Below are positions 16,953 to 28,633 of a stretch of DNA of 32,000 bases, one piece after another (the stretch's first letter is position 1; every line of letters starts with the position of its first letter). Location: assembly GCF_003956045.1 (NCBI RefSeq), contig NZ_CP026513.1, positions 95,655 to 127,654 of the forward strand. Reading direction: 5' to 3'. The DNA comes from Candidatus Annandia adelgestsuga. GTDB taxonomy: Bacteria; Pseudomonadota; Gammaproteobacteria; Enterobacterales; Enterobacteriaceae_A. The translations under genes were made by a program, and so were the position numbers. The notes below the pieces were generated by a model. That model was not told the origin of the DNA, made no database searches, and saw nothing but the letters and a program-made list of their open reading frames with translations.

Positions 16953-18485
16953 TTGAATAATAAAATTATTATTCTTGATACTACTTTAAGAGACGGTGAA
17001 CAATCATTAAAATCTAGTTTAAATGTACAAAATAAATTAGAAATTGCTTTTTCATTAGAACGTATGGGTATTGATATTATCGAAGCTGGTTTTCCTATAT
17101 CATCTCCAGGAGAATTTGAATCAGTAAAAAATATATCAAAAAATATAAAAAATAGTAAAGTTTGTGCTTTAGCAAGATGTTTAGAAAAAGATATAGATGC
17201 TGCTTATGAATCTTTAAAATTTTCTAATTATTATAGAATACATATTTTTATAGCTACTTCCCCTATACATATAAAAACTAAATTAAAAAGTAAACTTTCA
17301 GATATTATATCACTATCTGTTAAAATGGTTAAATATGCAAAAAAATATACTGATGATATAGAATTTTCTTGTGAAGATGGAGGTAGAACTCCAATTAACG
17401 ATTTATGTTACATAGTAGAATCAGTTATAAAAGCTGGTGCTAACACAATTAATATTCCAGATACAGTAGGTTATACTTTACCTAATGAATACAGTAATAT
17501 TATAAATAAATTATTAAATAATGTTATAAATATTGACAAAGCAATTATATCTGTACATACTCATAACGATTTAGGAATGGCAACAGGTAATGCTATTTCC
17601 GCAATACAAGCAGGAGCTAGACAAATAGAAGGTACAATTAATGGTTTAGGAGAAAGAGCAGGAAATTGTGCTTTAGAAGAAATAATAATGGCTATACATA
17701 CAAGAAAAAAAATATTAAATTTATCTACAAATATAAATCATAATGAAATATACTATACTAGTAAAATTATAAGTAAAATATGTAATATAAATATACCTAT
17801 AAATAAACCAATAGTTGGTTCTAATGTTTTTTCTCATTCTTCAGGTATACATCAAGATGGAGTATTAAAAAATAAGAAAAATTATGAGATCATGACTCCT
17901 AAATTTATTGGGTTAAATAAATCAAAGTTAAATTTAACTTCAAGATCAGGAAGAGCTGCAGTTAATTATAGAATGAAAAAAATGGGATATAATAAAAATG
18001 ATTATAATATAAATAAATTATATTGTTTATTTTTAAAATTTGCAGATAAAAAAGGTCAAGTATTTGATTATGATTTAGAACATTTAGCTTTTTTAAATAA
18101 AAATAAAATGTCAAATTATTTTATTTTAAAATATTTTAATGTAATTTCAATTTCAAAAATTAAATCTACAGCATTTATAAAAATTTTATGTGGAAATAAA
18201 TTAAAATCTGATATATCTATAGGTTATGGTCCAATAGACGCTTTATATAAAACTATAAAAAAAATAACTTTATTAAATATTAAAATAATAAAATATAAAA
18301 TAAAAAATCAAATTATTAATAAGAAAAATTTAAAAAAAGTAAATATTGTAATAAATTATAATAATAAAAAATTTTATGGTATGGGTTTAAATAATAATAT
18401 TTTAAAATCTTCTATCAAAGCTATTATAAATATAATTAACAGTATTTGGCTTTCTAAAAAAGTCAAAAAACTAAAGTTTAAATGA
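16953..18485 (+). CDS. leuA: 2-isopropylmalate synthase
   Basis: 510 aa with a TTG start and an AAGGA Shine-Dalgarno 10 nt upstream. It begins [14 protein letters not shown] and contains [42 protein letters not shown] and [14 protein letters not shown]. The C-terminal regulatory domain is still alignable ([12 protein letters not shown]...[12 protein letters not shown]). The stop is TGA. Confidence 0.97.
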   Translation: MNNKIIILDTTLRDGEQSLKSSLNVQNKLEIAFSLERMGIDIIEAGFPISSPGEFESVKNISKNIKNSKVCALARCLEKDIDAAYESLKFSNYYRIHIFIATSPIHIKTKLKSKLSDIISLSVKMVKYAKKYTDDIEFSCEDGGRTPINDLCYIVESVIKAGANTINIPDTVGYTLPNEYSNIINKLLNNVINIDKAIISVHTHNDLGMATGNAISAIQAGARQIEGTINGLGERAGNCALEEIIMAIHTRKKILNLSTNINHNEIYYTSKIISKICNINIPINKPIVGSNVFSHSSGIHQDGVLKNKKNYEIMTPKFIGLNKSKLNLTSRSGRAAVNYRMKKMGYNKNDYNINKLYCLFLKFADKKGQVFDYDLEHLAFLNKNKMSNYFILKYFNVISISKIKSTAFIKILCGNKLKSDISIGYGPIDALYKTIKKITLLNIKIIKYKIKNQIINKKNLKKVNIVINYNNKKFYGMGLNNNILKSSIKAIINIINSIWLSKKVKKLKFK

Positions 18486-18502
18486 TGTAAAGGATAATAT
18501 TC

Positions 18503-19618
18503 ATGTTTAAAAAATATAAAATAGCTATTTTACCAGGAGATGGTATTGGTCCGGAAGTTATAAAACAAGTTTATAAAATTATATATATAATAAATAAAAT
18601 ATTTAATTTAAATATAATTACTAAAGAATATAAAATTGGTGGTATAGCTATTGATAATATAGATAATTCATTACCATTAAATACATTATTAGGATGTTTA
18701 AATTCTAATGCAATTTTATTAGGTTCTGTAGGAGGAAATAAATGGAATAATTTACCTTTAAAAAATAAACCAGAAATTAAATCTTTATTATTTTTACGTA
18801 AATATTTTAAACTTTTTAACAATTTAAGACCATCAAAATTATATTCTGGTTTAGAAGATTTATGTCCTTTAAAAAAAGAAATTTATATTAAAGGTTTAAA
18901 TATATTATGTGTAAGAGAATTAATTAGTGGTATTTATTTTGGAAAACCTAAAGGAAATAATGGTTATAAAAAATTAGAATATTCTTTTGATACTGAAATA
19001 TATTATAAATTTGAAATTGAAAAAATTGCACATATTGCTTTTAAAAAAGCTTTAGAAAGAAAATGTAAATTAACTTTAGTTGATAAATCTAATGTTTTGG
19101 AATCTTCTATGTTATGGAAAAAAACTGTTAGTGATATATCAAAATTATATCCTAAAGTTAATTTTAATCATATGTATATAGATAATATTACTATGCAATT
19201 AATAAAAAACCCTTCACAATTTGATGTTATACTTTGTTCAAATTTATTTGGTGATATAATTTCAGACGAATGTGCTATGATTTCTGGTTCTATTGGTATG
19301 TTACCTTCAGCAAGTTTAAATGATAATAATTTCGGTATATATGAACCAGCTGGTGGTTCTGCTCCAGATATTGCAGGTAAAAATATATCTAACCCTATAG
19401 CACAAATTTTATCATTTTCAATGTTATTAAGATATAGTTTTAATTTAATAAAAGAATCTAATATAATAGAAAATTCTATAAACAATATTCTTAAATTTGG
19501 ATATAAAACTAAAGATTTAAAATTAAACAGTGAAAAATTTATTAATACTAGTGAGATGGGTTCTTTAATTTCTTGCTTTATAATTAAGGAAAAATTAAAT
19601 GAGCAAGACATTATATGA
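18503..19618 (+). CDS. leuB: 3-isopropylmalate dehydrogenase
   Basis: 371 aa. It begins [15 protein letters not shown] and contains [48 protein letters not shown] and [25 protein letters not shown]. An AAAGGA Shine-Dalgarno is upstream. The 3' end overlaps leuC by 20 nt. Confidence 0.97.
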   Translation: MFKKYKIAILPGDGIGPEVIKQVYKIIYIINKIFNLNIITKEYKIGGIAIDNIDNSLPLNTLLGCLNSNAILLGSVGGNKWNNLPLKNKPEIKSLLFLRKYFKLFNNLRPSKLYSGLEDLCPLKKEIYIKGLNILCVRELISGIYFGKPKGNNGYKKLEYSFDTEIYYKFEIEKIAHIAFKKALERKCKLTLVDKSNVLESSMLWKKTVSDISKLYPKVNFNHMYIDNITMQLIKNPSQFDVILCSNLFGDIISDECAMISGSIGMLPSASLNDNNFGIYEPAGGSAPDIAGKNISNPIAQILSFSMLLRYSFNLIKESNIIENSINNILKFGYKTKDLKLNSEKFINTSEMGSLISCFIIKEKLNEQDII

Positions 19619-21002
19619 AAAAATATATGAAAAACATATAATACAAAAAATTTCAAATGAAGATAATTTATTATATATTGATAGGCATTTAATACATGAA
19701 GTTACATCTCCTCAAGCTTTTGATGGTTTAAGAATAAAAAATAGAACAGTTCGTTGTCCATTTAAAACATTTGCAACTATGGATCATAATGTTTCTACTA
19801 AAAATAAAGATATAGAATCTTCAGGTAAATTAGCTAGTATTCAAATGAAAACATTGATAAAAAATTGTAAAGATTTTAAAATTACTTTATATGATTTAAA
19901 TCATCCATTACAAGGTATTGTACATGTTGTAGGTCCAGAACAAGGAATTACTTTACCTGGAACTACTATAGTATGTGGTGATTCACATACTGCTACTCAT
20001 GGTGCTTTTGGTTCTTTAGCTTTTGGTATTGGAACTTCAGAAGTTGAACATGTATTAGCAACTCAAACTTTAAAACAAAATAAATTTAAAAATATGAAAA
20101 TTGAAATATTTGGTAAATTAAATTATTATATTTCAGCTAAAGATATAGCTTTATATATTATTGGTAAAATTGGTCATGATGGAGGTACTGGATATATAAT
20201 AGAATTTTGTGGTTCTGTAGTTAATAATTTAAGTATGGAAAGTAGAATGACTTTATGTAATATGTCTATTGAAATGGGAGCAAAAGCTGGATTAATTTCA
20301 CCTGATAATATAACATTTAATTATTTAAAAAATAAAAAATTTTCACCAAAAGGAAAATATTGGGATAAAGCAGTAAATTATTGGAAAACTTTAAAATCTG
20401 ATATAAAAAGTAATTTTGATAAAATATTTAAATTTGATATAACTAATATAACACCTCAAATTACTTGGGGAACTAATCCAGGTCATGTAATTGGTATTAA
20501 CCAAAATATACCTAATCCAGAATCATATAAAAATGATATGGAAAAAATTTCTGCACAAAATGCTTTATATTATATGGGATTAACACCAGGTACTAATTTA
20601 AAAAAAGTTAAAATAGATAAAATTTTTATAGGTTCATGTACAAATTCTAGAATAGAAGATTTAAGATCTGCTGCAAAAATTATTAAAGGTAAAAAAATTT
20701 CAAAAAATATAAAACAAGCTATTGTTGTACCAGGTTCAAATCCAGTAAAAATTCAAGCTGAAAAAGAAAATTTACATAAAATATTTATTGATTCAGGTTT
20801 TGAATGGAGATTACCAGGTTGTTCAATGTGTTTAGCTATGAATGATGATAAACTTAATCCTGGAGAAAGATGTGCTTCTACTAGTAATAGAAATTTTGAA
20901 GGAAGACAAGGAAGAAATAGTAGAACTCATTTATTAAGTCCATTAATGGCAGCCGCTTCAGCAATAAAAGGTTATTTTTCTGATGTTAGAGATTTTTTTT
21001 AA
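19599..21002 (+). CDS. leuC: 3-isopropylmalate dehydratase large subunit
   Basis: 467 aa. It begins MSKTLYEKI...[20 protein letters not shown] and contains [47 protein letters not shown] and [10 protein letters not shown]...[13 protein letters not shown] (Fe-S cluster ligands). Confidence 0.98.
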   Translation: MSKTLYEKIYEKHIIQKISNEDNLLYIDRHLIHEVTSPQAFDGLRIKNRTVRCPFKTFATMDHNVSTKNKDIESSGKLASIQMKTLIKNCKDFKITLYDLNHPLQGIVHVVGPEQGITLPGTTIVCGDSHTATHGAFGSLAFGIGTSEVEHVLATQTLKQNKFKNMKIEIFGKLNYYISAKDIALYIIGKIGHDGGTGYIIEFCGSVVNNLSMESRMTLCNMSIEMGAKAGLISPDNITFNYLKNKKFSPKGKYWDKAVNYWKTLKSDIKSNFDKIFKFDITNITPQITWGTNPGHVIGINQNIPNPESYKNDMEKISAQNALYYMGLTPGTNLKKVKIDKIFIGSCTNSRIEDLRSAAKIIKGKKISKNIKQAIVVPGSNPVKIQAEKENLHKIFIDSGFEWRLPGCSMCLAMNDDKLNPGERCASTSNRNFEGRQGRNSRTHLLSPLMAAASAIKGYFSDVRDFF

Positions 21003-21016
21003 TTTAAAGGTTAAAT

Positions 21017-21625
21017 ATGAAAAAATTATTAAAACATAAAGGAATAGTATTACCATTAGATATATCTAATGTAGATACAGATGTTATTATTCCTAAACAA
21101 TTTTTACAAATAGTAAATAGAAATGGTCTTGGAAAATATTTATTTTATAATTGGAGATTTTTAAAAGATGATATTAATAAATTAAATTATAATTTTGTTA
21201 TTAATAAAATTGAATTTAAAAATTCTAGTATATTATTAACTAGAAATAATTTTGGTTGTGGATCATCACGTGAACATGCTGTTTGGTCTTTATTAGATTT
21301 TGGTTTTAAAGTAATTATTTCTACAAGTTTTGCTGATATATTTTATAATAATGCTTTAAATAATCATTTAATACCTATTGTTTTAAAAGAAAAAATTATA
21401 AAAAAATTATTTGTTTTAGTTTATAAAAACCCTGGAATTAAATTTACTATTAATTTACAAAAATGTTTAATTATTATAAATAAATTTAATTTAAAATATA
21501 GTTTTAGTATTAATAAATTTCAACTTTATAATTTAATTAATAAACTTGATCATATTAATTTAACTATGAAATATGAAAAAAAAATAAAAGATTATGAAAA
21601 TAAACAATTAAAATATATATTTTAA
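21017..21625 (+). CDS. leuD: 3-isopropylmalate dehydratase small subunit
   Basis: 202 aa. It contains NVDTDVIIPKQFL and NFGCGSSREHAVWSLLDFGFKVIISTSFADIFYNN, and follows leuC after 14 nt. Confidence 0.95.
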   Translation: MKKLLKHKGIVLPLDISNVDTDVIIPKQFLQIVNRNGLGKYLFYNWRFLKDDINKLNYNFVINKIEFKNSSILLTRNNFGCGSSREHAVWSLLDFGFKVIISTSFADIFYNNALNNHLIPIVLKEKIIKKLFVLVYKNPGIKFTINLQKCLIIINKFNLKYSFSINKFQLYNLINKLDHINLTMKYEKKIKDYENKQLKYIF

Positions 21626-21645
21626 AAAATTTAAAATTTATAAAT

Positions 21646-22410
21646 TTAATTAAAATTTTCAAATATTTCAATTAATAATTTTTTTAAAACAGTTGTTTGT
21701 GAATTTAATTGTAAAAAAATAATATTTATAATTATAAATATTAAAAATGTTAATATTAATATCATTATATTTCTTTTTGATAAAATTTTATTAATCCAAT
21801 TATATTTACTATTATTAAATAATTTCCAAAAAAGAAAAAATTCACACCATATTAAAAATATTAAAAAAAAAAATAATAATTTGAAATTTCCTTTATCTCC
21901 ATCTGGTATATTTGATACACTTTTTGCTAATATACCAGGTATAAAATATAATAATGGCCATAAAACACACCCAAATAGATTGGGATAAAAAAATTTTTTT
22001 AAAGGTACTTTTAAAATTCCTGATAAAATTGGTATTAAAGGTCTTATAGGACCTATAAATTTACCTATAAAGATAGTTATTACACTATAATGATTTAAAG
22101 TATATTCAATTTTATCTATTATGGATGTAATATTTAAAAAATTTATTTTTTTTATATATTTTTTTTTTAATTTTAAACCAATAAAATAAGAAATCCAATC
22201 TCCTAATAAACAACCTATTATTCCTACAAACCAAGCATCATATAATGAAACTTTATGATTACCTATAAAAGTTCCTAATCCAATCATTAATATTGTACCA
22301 GGTAAAAATAATCCTGTTAAAGCTAATGATTCAAAAAATGAAACTATAAATATAGCAATTAATATAAAATATATAGACTTTAATTCTAAATAATTAATAA
22401 ATTTTTCCAT
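21646..22410 (-). CDS. yabI: DedA-family inner-membrane protein (YabI-like)
   Basis: 254 aa. The DedA/SNARE-associated core is present (FFESLALTGLFLPGTILMIGLG...GIIGCLLGDWISYFIG...GKFIGPIRPLIPILSGIL...FYPNLFGCVLWPLLYFIPGILA). Its length and its position between the leu operon and rsmA match E. coli yabI as I recall it. The paralogue assignment rests on synteny. Confidence 0.7.
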   Translation of the reverse strand: MEKFINYLELKSIYFILIAIFIVSFFESLALTGLFLPGTILMIGLGTFIGNHKVSLYDAWFVGIIGCLLGDWISYFIGLKLKKKYIKKINFLNITSIIDKIEYTLNHYSVITIFIGKFIGPIRPLIPILSGILKVPLKKFFYPNLFGCVLWPLLYFIPGILAKSVSNIPDGDKGNFKLLFFFLIFLIWCEFFLFWKLFNNSKYNWINKILSKRNIMILILTFLIFIIINIIFLQLNSQTTVLKKLLIEIFENFN

Positions 22411-22469
22411 AATTTTACCTATATAATATTTATAAATTATAAATTATAATTTATAAAATAATATTTAAT

Positions 22470-23300
22470 ATGATATATATAATTAAAAAAAAATATAAAT
22501 TTTATATTAAAAAAAAATTAGGTCAACATTTTTTATTTAATAAAAAAATTATAAATAAAATTATTAAATATTTAAATTTTAATTTTAATGATTTAGTATT
22601 GGAAATTGGACCAGGTTTAGGTTCATTAACTTTTAACATTGTTAAAAAAATTAATAAATTATATGCTATAGAAATTGATAAAAATATAGTTAATTTTTTA
22701 AATAATAATTATATTATAAGAAAAAAAGTTATTTTAATTACACAAAATGCTATTTATTTAAATTTAAAAAAATTGTTTTTAAAAAATAATCAAAATTTAT
22801 TTAAAATTATAGGTAATTTACCTTATAATGTTTCAACTAAAATAATATTAAATTTAGTTATAAATTATATTTATAATATTAAAAATATGTATTTTATGAT
22901 TCAAAAAGAATTAGCGGAACGTATAATGGCAAAAAATAACACAAAAAAATATGGAAGATTAAGTATTATAATGCAATATTATTGTAAAATTTATAAGTTA
23001 ATGGAAATATTACCTAAAAATTTTAAACCTATACCTAAAGTTAATTCATATTTTATTAAATTAGTACCACATAAGATTATATTTTTAAATATATTAAATA
23101 TTAATATGATAAAATATATTACAAATAAATCATTTAATAATAGAAGAAAAATTTTAAATAATAATATAAAATTTTTATTTAATAATAAAGAATTATTAAA
23201 TTTAAATATTAATTTAAATTCAAGAGCAGAAAATATTTCTGTAAAAAAATATTATAAATTAAGTAATCTTTTATTTTATAAAAATAAATATAATATATAA
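22470..23300 (+). CDS. rsmA: 16S rRNA (adenine1518/1519-N6)-dimethyltransferase RsmA (KsgA)
   Basis: 276 aa. It contains KKLGQHFLFNKKII, a SAM motif LEIGPGLGSLT, GNLPYNVSTKII, MIQKELAERI...KKYGRLSIIMQYY and FNNRRK. Confidence 0.93.
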   Translation: MIYIIKKKYKFYIKKKLGQHFLFNKKIINKIIKYLNFNFNDLVLEIGPGLGSLTFNIVKKINKLYAIEIDKNIVNFLNNNYIIRKKVILITQNAIYLNLKKLFLKNNQNLFKIIGNLPYNVSTKIILNLVINYIYNIKNMYFMIQKELAERIMAKNNTKKYGRLSIIMQYYCKIYKLMEILPKNFKPIPKVNSYFIKLVPHKIIFLNILNINMIKYITNKSFNNRRKILNNNIKFLFNNKELLNLNINLNSRAENISVKKYYKLSNLLFYKNKYNI

Positions 23301-23309
23301 TTTAATTTA

Positions 23310-26300
23310 TTAAATTAAATTATGTAATTCTTGTAAAGATAATATATCATAATCTTTAAAATTATTTTTTAAAGTTAATATTGAAGAAAAACTAGCATTT
23401 AAAGTAGTATCGTAATGTATTTTATTTTGTAACGCTAATTTACATATAGAATCAAATATTTTGTTTTCTTCGTTATTAGTAGTAGTATGAATAATATATG
23501 AATATTTTTTTTTAGATATCATATCTATAATATTAGGATATTTTTCATTAATTTTATTAACTATTTTAGATTTAATACCATTTTTTTTTAAAATAGTATG
23601 AGTTCCATATGTTGCGTCTAATTTAAAACCATAATTAATTAATTTTATTGCTATATTTGAAATATTATTTTTATCTAAATCATTCACAGAAATTAAAACT
23701 TTTTTTTTTTTTTTTATTATTGATTGTGATCCTAACATAGCTTTTAAAAAAGCAATATTAAAACGATTTCCTATTCCCATAACTTCTCCAGTAGAATGCA
23801 TTTCAGGACCTAAAATAGGATTAATACCAATAAATTTATTAAATGGTAATACTACTTCTTTAATAGAAAAATAAGGTGGTATAATTTCATTATAAATTTT
23901 TTGTTTAATTAAACTTTTTCCTATCATAACTCTAGTAGCTATTTTAGCTAATGAAATTCCAGTTGCTTTAGATATAAAAGGAATAGTTCTAGATGCTCTT
24001 GGATTAACTTCTATAATATATATTTTATTTTTTTTAATTGCAAATTGAATATTCATTAAACCTATTATATTTAAAGAATAAGCTAATTTTAACGATTGAA
24101 TTCTTATTTCATTTTGAATTTTTTCATTAATAGTATAAACTGGAAGTGAACATGCTGAATCTCCAGAATGAATTCCAGCTGGTTCTATATGTTCCATAAT
24201 ACCACCTATTAAAATATTTTTACCATCACATATTAAATCAACATCAATTTCAATTGCATTATTTAAAAATTTATCTAATAAAACTGGCATATTATATAAA
24301 TTATTTTTTAACATTTTAAAATAATATTTTAAATCTTTTAAATTATATATTATTTTCATTGATCTTCCTCCTAATACATTAGAAGGTCTTATTACAACTG
24401 GATAACCAATTTTTTTAGATTTTATTATAGCTTGTATTAAAGAAGTTGCTGTATTATTTTCTGGTTGTTTTAATCCTAATTTTAATATAATTTTTTTAAA
24501 AAATTTTCTATTTTCTGCAATGTTTATGTGTTTTGGGTTAGTACCTAAAATAGGTATTTTAAGTTTATATAAATAATTTGATATTTTTAAAGGTGTTTGT
24601 CCACCAAATTGAATTATTATTCCTTTAGGTTTTTCAATTTTAATAATTTCTAAAATATCTTCTAAAGTAACAGGTTCAAAATATAATCTATCAGAAATAT
24701 CGTAATCAGTTGAAACAGTTTCTGGATTACAATTTATCATAATTGTTTCAAAACCATCTTCACGCAAAGCTAAAACTGAATGAACACAACAATAATCAAA
24801 TTCAATTCCTTGTCCTATACGATTTGGACCACTACCTAAAACTATAATTTTATTTTTATTTGTATTTGCAAATGATTCACATTCATTTTCATAAGTAGAA
24901 TACATATATGAAGTATTAGTTTTAAATTCTGCAGCACATGTATCTATTCTTTTGTATACTGGATGTATTTTATATTTATAACGTAAATTACGTATTATTT
25001 TTTCATTTACTTTTAATAAAAATGCTATACGAGCATCAGAAAAACCTTTTTTTTTAATATAATTTAAAAATTTATAATTAATATTATTAATATTTTTTAA
25101 AATAATATCTTTTTCTGTCAATATAATATCTTTAATTTGTACTAAAAACCATTTATCAATATTAGTTAATTTATATATTTCATTTAATGAAATATTTAAT
25201 CTAAAAGCATCACCTATATACCAAATTCTATTTGAGCCAGCGTTTTTTAATTCATATTTTATTTTTTTTAAAAATTTATTTTTATTATATATATCTATTT
25301 TTGAACAAAATCCATTAATACCAATTTCTAAACTACGTATTGCTTTTTGCAATGATTCTTGAAAATTTCTACCAATTGCCATTACTTCACCTACTGATTT
25401 CATTTGTGTTGTTAATCTATCATTAGATCCATAAAATTTTTCAAAATTAAATCTAGGAATTTTTGTAACTATATAATCTATAGATGGTTCAAAAGAAGAA
25501 GGTGTTTTATTTTCAGTAATTTCATTTCTTAATTCATCTAAAGTATAACCTATTGCTAATTTAGCTGCTATTTTTGCAATTGGAAAACCAGTAGCTTTAG
25601 AAGCTAAAGCTGAAGATCTAGAAACCCTAGGATTCATTTCAATAACAATTAAATTTCCATTTTTTGGATTAACAGCAAATTGTACATTTGAACCACCAGT
25701 TTCTATTCCTATTTCTTTTAAAATAGAAATTGAAGCATTACGCATTGTCTGATATTCTTTATCTGTTAAAGTTTGAGCTGGAGCAACTGTAATAGAATCT
25801 CCTGTATGAATACCCATGGAATCCATATTTTCAATAGAACATACTATAATACAATTATCATTTTTATCTCTTACAATTTCCATTTCATATTCTTTCCAAC
25901 CAATAAGAGATTGATCAATTAAAAGTTCTTTATTAGGAGATAAATTTAAACCTTGTTTACATATTTTAATAAATTCTTTTATATTATAAGCAATACCACC
26001 ACCACTTCCACCCATAGTAAAAGAAGGTCTTATAATACAAGGTAAACCTATTTTTTTGATTATTTCATTTGCTTCTTTGATACTATGAGCTATACCAGAT
26101 TTAGGAGTTTTTAATCCTATTTTTTTTATAATTTTATCAAATATTTTTCTATTTTCTGCTTTATTTATAGATTTAGAATTAATACCAATCATTATAACAT
26201 TATTTTTTTGTAAAATTTTTTTTTTATCTAATATTAATGCACAATTTAAAGCTATTTGACCTCCCATAGTAGGTAATAAAGCATCTGGTTTTTCTTTAAT

Positions 26301-26534
26301 AATAATTTTTTCTATTATTTTCCAATGTATTGGTTCAATATAAGTAGCATCAGATATTTCTGGGTCAGTCATTATAGTTGCAGGATTAGAATTAACTAAT
26401 ATAATTCTATAACCTTCTTTTTTTAATATTTTACATGCCTGAGTTCCAGAATAATCAAATTCACAAGCTTGTCCTATAATAATTGGACCAGCTCCTAAGA
26501 TAAGTATTGATTTTATATCTGTTCTTTTTGGCAT
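23310..26534 (-). CDS. carB: carbamoyl-phosphate synthase large subunit
   Basis: 1074 aa (E. coli 1073 as I recall). It begins [35 protein letters not shown], essentially identical to the E. coli N-terminus. Both ATP-grasp halves are present (second half [21 protein letters not shown]), along with the C-terminal allosteric domain. Confidence 0.98.
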   Translation of the reverse strand: MPKRTDIKSILILGAGPIIIGQACEFDYSGTQACKILKKEGYRIILVNSNPATIMTDPEISDATYIEPIHWKIIEKIIIKEKPDALLPTMGGQIALNCALILDKKKILQKNNVIMIGINSKSINKAENRKIFDKIIKKIGLKTPKSGIAHSIKEANEIIKKIGLPCIIRPSFTMGGSGGGIAYNIKEFIKICKQGLNLSPNKELLIDQSLIGWKEYEMEIVRDKNDNCIIVCSIENMDSMGIHTGDSITVAPAQTLTDKEYQTMRNASISILKEIGIETGGSNVQFAVNPKNGNLIVIEMNPRVSRSSALASKATGFPIAKIAAKLAIGYTLDELRNEITENKTPSSFEPSIDYIVTKIPRFNFEKFYGSNDRLTTQMKSVGEVMAIGRNFQESLQKAIRSLEIGINGFCSKIDIYNKNKFLKKIKYELKNAGSNRIWYIGDAFRLNISLNEIYKLTNIDKWFLVQIKDIILTEKDIILKNINNINYKFLNYIKKKGFSDARIAFLLKVNEKIIRNLRYKYKIHPVYKRIDTCAAEFKTNTSYMYSTYENECESFANTNKNKIIVLGSGPNRIGQGIEFDYCCVHSVLALREDGFETIMINCNPETVSTDYDISDRLYFEPVTLEDILEIIKIEKPKGIIIQFGGQTPLKISNYLYKLKIPILGTNPKHINIAENRKFFKKIILKLGLKQPENNTATSLIQAIIKSKKIGYPVVIRPSNVLGGRSMKIIYNLKDLKYYFKMLKNNLYNMPVLLDKFLNNAIEIDVDLICDGKNILIGGIMEHIEPAGIHSGDSACSLPVYTINEKIQNEIRIQSLKLAYSLNIIGLMNIQFAIKKNKIYIIEVNPRASRTIPFISKATGISLAKIATRVMIGKSLIKQKIYNEIIPPYFSIKEVVLPFNKFIGINPILGPEMHSTGEVMGIGNRFNIAFLKAMLGSQSIIKKKKKVLISVNDLDKNNISNIAIKLINYGFKLDATYGTHTILKKNGIKSKIVNKINEKYPNIIDMISKKKYSYIIHTTTNNEENKIFDSICKLALQNKIHYDTTLNASFSSILTLKNNFKDYDILSLQELHNLI

Positions 26535-27706
26535 TTTACTCCTTTCAATATAAATTTTTTAATTTTATAATATAAATTATTTAATATTATATTAATAAAA
26601 TCATTAAATAAAAAAGATATATCATTTGTTCCAGGATTAGCTTCCGGGTGACCTTGAAAACTGAATGCCATTTTTTTTTTATGATAAATACCTTGTATAG
26701 TTTTATCAAATAAAGATATATGAGATATTTTATAATTTTTAGATATTTTTTTAGAATCTATAATAAAATTGTGATTTTGAGATGTAATCATAATTTTTTT
26801 TGTAATTAAATTTTGTACTGGATGATTAGCACCATGATGTCCAAATTTCATTTTAATTATTTTAGCACCACAAGACATTGCTAACAATTGATGACCTAAA
26901 CAAATTCCAAATGTTGGTATATTTTTTTTTAATATTAATTTTATATTTTTAACAATATAATTACAAGGATTAGGATCTCCTGGTCCATTTGATAAAAGTA
27001 TACCATCTATTTTTTTTTTTATAATTTTATTTATTTTAAAAAAAGCTGGTTTAATTTTTAAAATACAATCACGATCAATTAACATTCTCATAATACTATG
27101 TTTAATTCCATAGTTATATACGATAATTTTTAATTTAAAAAAAATATTTTTATATAAATTATGTTTATTTTTTAAATAATTTTTTGTACCTAAATTCCAT
27201 TTATATATTTTTTTATTTGTAACTTTTTTTACTAAATCTATATTTTTTAAACCTAAAAAAAAAAATATTTTATATTTAGCTAAATTTATATTTAATTTTT
27301 TACCTGAAATAATACAACATTTTTGAGAACCTTTTTTTCTTAAAATATTAGTTAACATACGAGTATCAATATCAGTAATTGATATAATATTATTTTTTTT
27401 TAAATAAAAATGCAAATTCATTGTACTTCTATAATTACTATCTAAAATAGATAAATTTTTTATAACTAATCCAGAAGCATAAGTTTTATAAGATTCCTGA
27501 TCTTCATCATTAGTACCTACATTTCCTATATGAGGATAAGTTAACATTATAATTTGTTTATAATAAGAAGGATCAGAAATTATTTCTTGATAACCAGTCA
27601 TAGATGTATTAAATACTATTTCACCTATAGTTAAACCAGTCGCTCCAAAAGATTTACCATAAAAAATTTCACCTGTATGTAATAATAATAATGCTAAATT
27701 ATACAT
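26513..27706 (-). CDS. carA: carbamoyl-phosphate synthase small (glutaminase) subunit
   Basis: 397 aa. It contains [21 protein letters not shown] and [12 protein letters not shown]. The triad region is GICLGHQLL...[11 protein letters not shown]...FQGHPEA. The 3' end runs 22 nt into carB. Confidence 0.97.
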   Translation of the reverse strand: MYNLALLLLHTGEIFYGKSFGATGLTIGEIVFNTSMTGYQEIISDPSYYKQIIMLTYPHIGNVGTNDEDQESYKTYASGLVIKNLSILDSNYRSTMNLHFYLKKNNIISITDIDTRMLTNILRKKGSQKCCIISGKKLNINLAKYKIFFFLGLKNIDLVKKVTNKKIYKWNLGTKNYLKNKHNLYKNIFFKLKIIVYNYGIKHSIMRMLIDRDCILKIKPAFFKINKIIKKKIDGILLSNGPGDPNPCNYIVKNIKLILKKNIPTFGICLGHQLLAMSCGAKIIKMKFGHHGANHPVQNLITKKIMITSQNHNFIIDSKKISKNYKISHISLFDKTIQGIYHKKKMAFSFQGHPEANPGTNDISFLFNDFINIILNNLYYKIKKFILKGVKCQKEQI

Positions 27707-27775
27707 TTTTATACCTTATTATTTTTATATTATTTAAAAATAATTATTATTTTTATTTTTTAAAATAAAAAAAAA

Positions 27776-28576
27776 TTAATTTTTAAATTTTAAAACATCT
27801 TTCATAGAAAATAAACCTCTTTTTTTTTTATATAACCATATTGAAGCTTTTATAGCTCCTTTTGCAAAAGTAATTCTATTAGAAGCTTTATGGGTTATTT
27901 CTATACGTTCTCCTTTATTTGCAAATATTATTGTATGATCTCCTATAATATCTCCAGCTCTTATAACAGAAAAACCTATACTATTTTTTATTTTATTTCT
28001 ATTTATATTTTTATCATATATTGCACATTCATTTAATTTTAATTTCATACTTTTAGCAATTGTTTTACCTATAGTTAAAGCTGTTCCAGAAGGAGCATCT
28101 TTTTTATTACGATGATGATATTCTATAATTTCAATATCATTATCATTTCCTATAGATTTAGTTATTTTTTCTAAAATATTTAATATTAAATTAATTCCAA
28201 TACTAAAATTTGAAGATAATAAAATTGCTATTTTATTAGAAAACTTTTTTATTTTTTCTTTTTCTGAATTGTTAAAACCAGTTGTACCAATTATTATTTT
28301 TTTATTATATTTATGACATAAATATAAATATTCAATAGTACTTTTAGGACAAGTAAAATCTATTAATATATCAAATATATTATATATATCATTAAAATTA
28401 TTACTTATTTTTACATTTTTAATTTTTTTTTTATCAATATTATTAGGTATTATTTTATTTTTATTAATTAAAAGTGCAGTTAGTTTTACATTTTTTATTT
28501 TATAAATAGTATTTATAATAGATTTTCCCATTTTACCATAAGCACCAGAAATAGCTATTTTAATTTTGGAAGACAT
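27776..28576 (-). CDS. dapB: 4-hydroxy-tetrahydrodipicolinate reductase
   Basis: 266 aa. An N-terminal Rossmann motif IKIAISGAYGKMGK is present, with GTTGF, NFSIGINL and IIEYHHRNKKDAPSGTA. The position upstream of carAB matches E. coli. Confidence 0.95.
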   Translation of the reverse strand: MSSKIKIAISGAYGKMGKSIINTIYKIKNVKLTALLINKNKIIPNNIDKKKIKNVKISNNFNDIYNIFDILIDFTCPKSTIEYLYLCHKYNKKIIIGTTGFNNSEKEKIKKFSNKIAILLSSNFSIGINLILNILEKITKSIGNDNDIEIIEYHHRNKKDAPSGTALTIGKTIAKSMKLKLNECAIYDKNINRNKIKNSIGFSVIRAGDIIGDHTIIFANKGERIEITHKASNRITFAKGAIKASIWLYKKKRGLFSMKDVLKFKN

Positions 28577-28633
28577 TTTATAAACCTTTAATTAAAAAAT
28601 AATTATTTAAATTAATATAAAAAAATATTTTTT

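Noticed and set aside
18571-18822. 83-aa ORF on the minus strand
   Set aside because: It is antisense to the conserved N-terminal part of leuB, so it is a shadow ORF.
19168-19656. 162-aa ORF on the minus strand
   Set aside because: It is antisense to the leuB 3' half and the leuC start, both of which align with E. coli orthologues. It has no motifs or Shine-Dalgarno. Its length is explained by the scarcity of stop codons opposite a conserved, relatively GC-richer frame.
22411-22469. Apparent tandem 7-mers (ATAAATT ATAAATT ATAATTT ATAAAAT) in the divergent yabI-rsmA promoter gap
   Set aside because: The repeat is imperfect, very short and made of the dominant A/T oligomers of this genome. 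It is indistinguishable from low-complexity background.
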